NCBI GenBank assembly: GCA_051362555.1
Contig: CM120640.1
Coordinates: forward strand, 61,606,788-61,670,787
Length of the DNA: 64,000 bases
Source of the DNA: Lingula anatina
Lineage: Eukaryota; Animalia; Brachiopoda
Direction of reading: 5' to 3'
Program-made: the position numbers and the translations under genes
Notes under the pieces: generated by a model
Told to the model about the DNA's origin: nothing
The model's input: only the letters and a program-made list of their open reading frames with translations
The model's database searches: none
Part shown: positions 61,356 to 64,000 of the stretch, in pieces
Layout of the letters: each line of letters starts with the position of its first letter
How positions within the stretch are numbered: the stretch's first letter is position 1

Positions 61356-63882
61356 ATGGTCAGCCAGTTGACGCCGCTTCAAAAAGAGTTGATTTTAGCT
61401 CTGCTGAAGTCGGGATTGGAAAAAAATGACTTGATTGAAGCAGTGGGCACATTAGCTCCGGAAAAGGAAGACAAAAAACACAATCATCATTACAACGAAA
61501 GCGCAACAACCCCAACATCGCTGGCCGATGAAGATGGCAAGGGATACACGCCCCCTTTGACGATTAAGCAAGACTCTGACTATTATCCAAATTTGTCAGC
61601 CAAACCTGGTAGTTTGACTGAAAAGCTTCTCAGGTAAGGAAGACTTCGTTGGGGTTTTGTTCAGGCGACAGTGAGGGTAATTTGATGTATACGTCATTAT
61701 GTTGAGATCGTTAGTTGATGATTGACTTGTGTTACAGTGGATAGAATGGTAGTTAATGATTAGCTTTTATTGCTTTTCCGTTTAATGTTTTACCAGTTTA
61801 GATATTAGATGAGATGTGGGTATTTTTTACCAGTTTATTTGCTTTTCACTGGAAGTAAATGACATTAACTACAATTTCATATTTTCTCCTTTTAAATTTG
61901 TGAACATATTACACTGGGGATCCGCCCCCATGCACCAAATGTTCTTATCAGCTCTGTGGCTCATTAAGTTCAGAGATAGTGTGGAGTGACTTATAACAAA
62001 GAGATAGTTATCTTTTTATCTAAAGACACCTTAAGATCTTTAGAGGTGTGAAAAAATTGCTGGTAAAGTACAAGTTCTCTTAAGGCATTACTTGGTATAT
62101 GTTTATCAATTACTTTCAAGACTGCAGTGAATCATATCTGAATTCATAAAATATCCATTTCATGTGTTTGAATTTGAAACAAACATTGTTTTCCCCCTTT
62201 TGTGTTGTAATATTACCAAATTTTTAATAAGTAAAGCTAGAGAAAAAAGCTTTGATAAATTTAAATTTGTATGGGGATTCTAGGAAGACCCACTTCTATT
62301 TATGATAGTTTTAAAACATGGGATTTTAAAACTAGTTTTATTTTTTCATTTTTTAAAGTTTTATTTATTTCATATTTTAATGAACTGAGGATTTTTTATA
62401 TCAAAATAATTTTTCCGAATTTATTAATTAATCTTCTGCTGCAGAGGAGACTCTTGGAAGGCAGCAAGGCAAATCAGGGATTATATGCACCAGCACAATA
62501 TTCCACAACGAGAAGTGGTTGATGCCACAGGATTGAACCAAAGTCATTTATCACAGCACTTGAACAAAGGTACTCCCATGAAAGCTGATAAAAGGCTGGC
62601 CCTTTATCAGTGGTTTGAGGACAAGAAAAAAGAAATCACTTCAAGTAAGTAAGGTCAACAATCATAGTGCAGATACAATTTGATGCTTATCTTATGTTCT
62701 TGGAATACAGCATGGGCGATTTTAGATTTCTATATTAAAGAAATACTTTTTAATCTTTTAAACACTTAAGTCTGGCACTTGGGAGTAAAGTTTAGAAAAT
62801 GAATGTCACATAAGTTCTACATCAATAAAATTTTGTAAATCTTCCATCAGCATTGTTAAAATTATGCCCATAAAGTAAGAAATTACCTAAATGTTGTGTC
62901 CAGTCACAGGTAAGATCAAGCAGGTGTGGGAGTATTTGCCTTTATATTTATAATTAAAGACTAGGACCCATTAACTTGTTTACTAGGTCCTAGTTAAAGA
63001 AGCTTATGAGAGTAAAACTGTTTTTACAGAATTTCAGTGTGTATCAAATCATGAAGAGCAGGATGCAGAATACTATGCTTGTAGCCCTAGCAAAAAAAGT
63101 AAAAGGAACCGCTTCAAATGGGGCCCTGCTTCTCTGGAGATTCTGCAACAAGCATATTGTCGTAACAGAAATCCAACAAAAGATGAGAGGGAAGAACTTG
63201 TGGCTGAGTGCAATAAGTATGTAAAAAATTAGTAACCAGAGTATTGCATTATTCTTATACATTGAATTAAGATAGATTAATAATGCATACTCATCAGCTA
63301 GATTGATTTAGAAAATATTCTGTTGAGATGCACTTTTTAGAGTTACTTTTAGATACTTGTGATCAGAGCAACAGCACTTGAGGTGAAAAAGTGGGTGCTT
63401 AGTATTTGTGATTACTGATAAAATAGATGTTTTAGGACATTTGTGCATATTTAGTACTACCAGTAATTTAAGAACTACTTAGAATAGTATTAATATAGGC
63501 CCTAGCTTAGCCAGCATTATCAAAGGGGGAGGGTCTTTTTCAGAAATAGTGGACCTTTTGCCATAGAACCTTCAGGCCCCTAGATCAAGTTTTACCAAGA
63601 GTGAACCTTTTTCCAGCAAAAAGGGCAGTTTCCTTGAATCCCCTCAACCCCCCCCCCCTCCAGCTATGGGCCTGTAGTAATCGCTATTTTTTTTTTCAAG
63701 GGCTGAGTGTATACAGCGTGGAGTTGAACCCACCCAATCAGCAGGACTGGGGGACAACTTGGTGACAGAAGTACGAGTTTATAACTGGTTTGCCAATAGA
63801 CGGAAGGAAGAGGCCTTCAAATATAAAATGCATTCACAAAACATTGAGCCTAGTTATCAGGAGGTCCATGCTAAGGCCCAAG
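61356..63882 (+). CDS. HNF1: Hepatocyte nuclear factor 1 (HNF1A/B-like homeobox protein), 5' partial
   Basis: Exons 61356-61633, 62445-62644, 63030-63216, 63701-63882 (continues beyond the window). Dimerisation helix [24 protein letters not shown]-like domain [34 protein letters not shown], atypical homeodomain [10 protein letters not shown]...ECNKAECIQRG...[20 protein letters not shown]. Confidence 0.96.
63496..63674. mobile_element. hAT-like MITE in HNF1 intron 3
   Basis: TAGGCCCTAGCT / AGCTATGGGCCTG termini; 8-bp flanks TATTAATA / TAGTAATC partly match. Confidence 0.5.
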
Positions 63883-64000
63883 GTTGGATTATTTGTAGAT
63901 ACTTTTCCTACTAATGGCTGCTGACTACAGATGTTAGCAGACTTTTTGAAAATAGCTATATAGTTACTTACTCAGGTGTGTGTGTTATCTGCAAGCTGAG

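Overview
AT-rich, intron-rich animal genomic DNA. It is probably an invertebrate, and the repeat families resemble those of molluscs/lophotrochozoans (inference only). Five protein-coding genes can be assembled by hand: TMEM45-family (-, single coding exon 6720-7622), SWSAP1 (+, 6 exons, 28787-31424), mitochondrial Era GTPase ERAL1 (+, 34036-40377), SPPL3 (-, 13 exons, 43970-60793) and the 5' part of an HNF1 homeobox gene (+, from 61356, runs off the window). An intron-containing elongator tRNA-Met(CAT) lies antisense inside an SPPL3 intron. The 10.9-26.3 kb interval is a nested transposon complex. It holds two Helentron-type non-autonomous elements carrying 146-bp satellite arrays rich in AGGTCA nuclear-receptor-type motifs, a modular macro-repeat reciprocally nested with a TA-flanked element, and an IS3EU-like MITE. 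A deleted mariner and many MITEs are scattered elsewhere. Most short ORFs in the supplied track are spurious. All calls were made by eye and no database searches were run.
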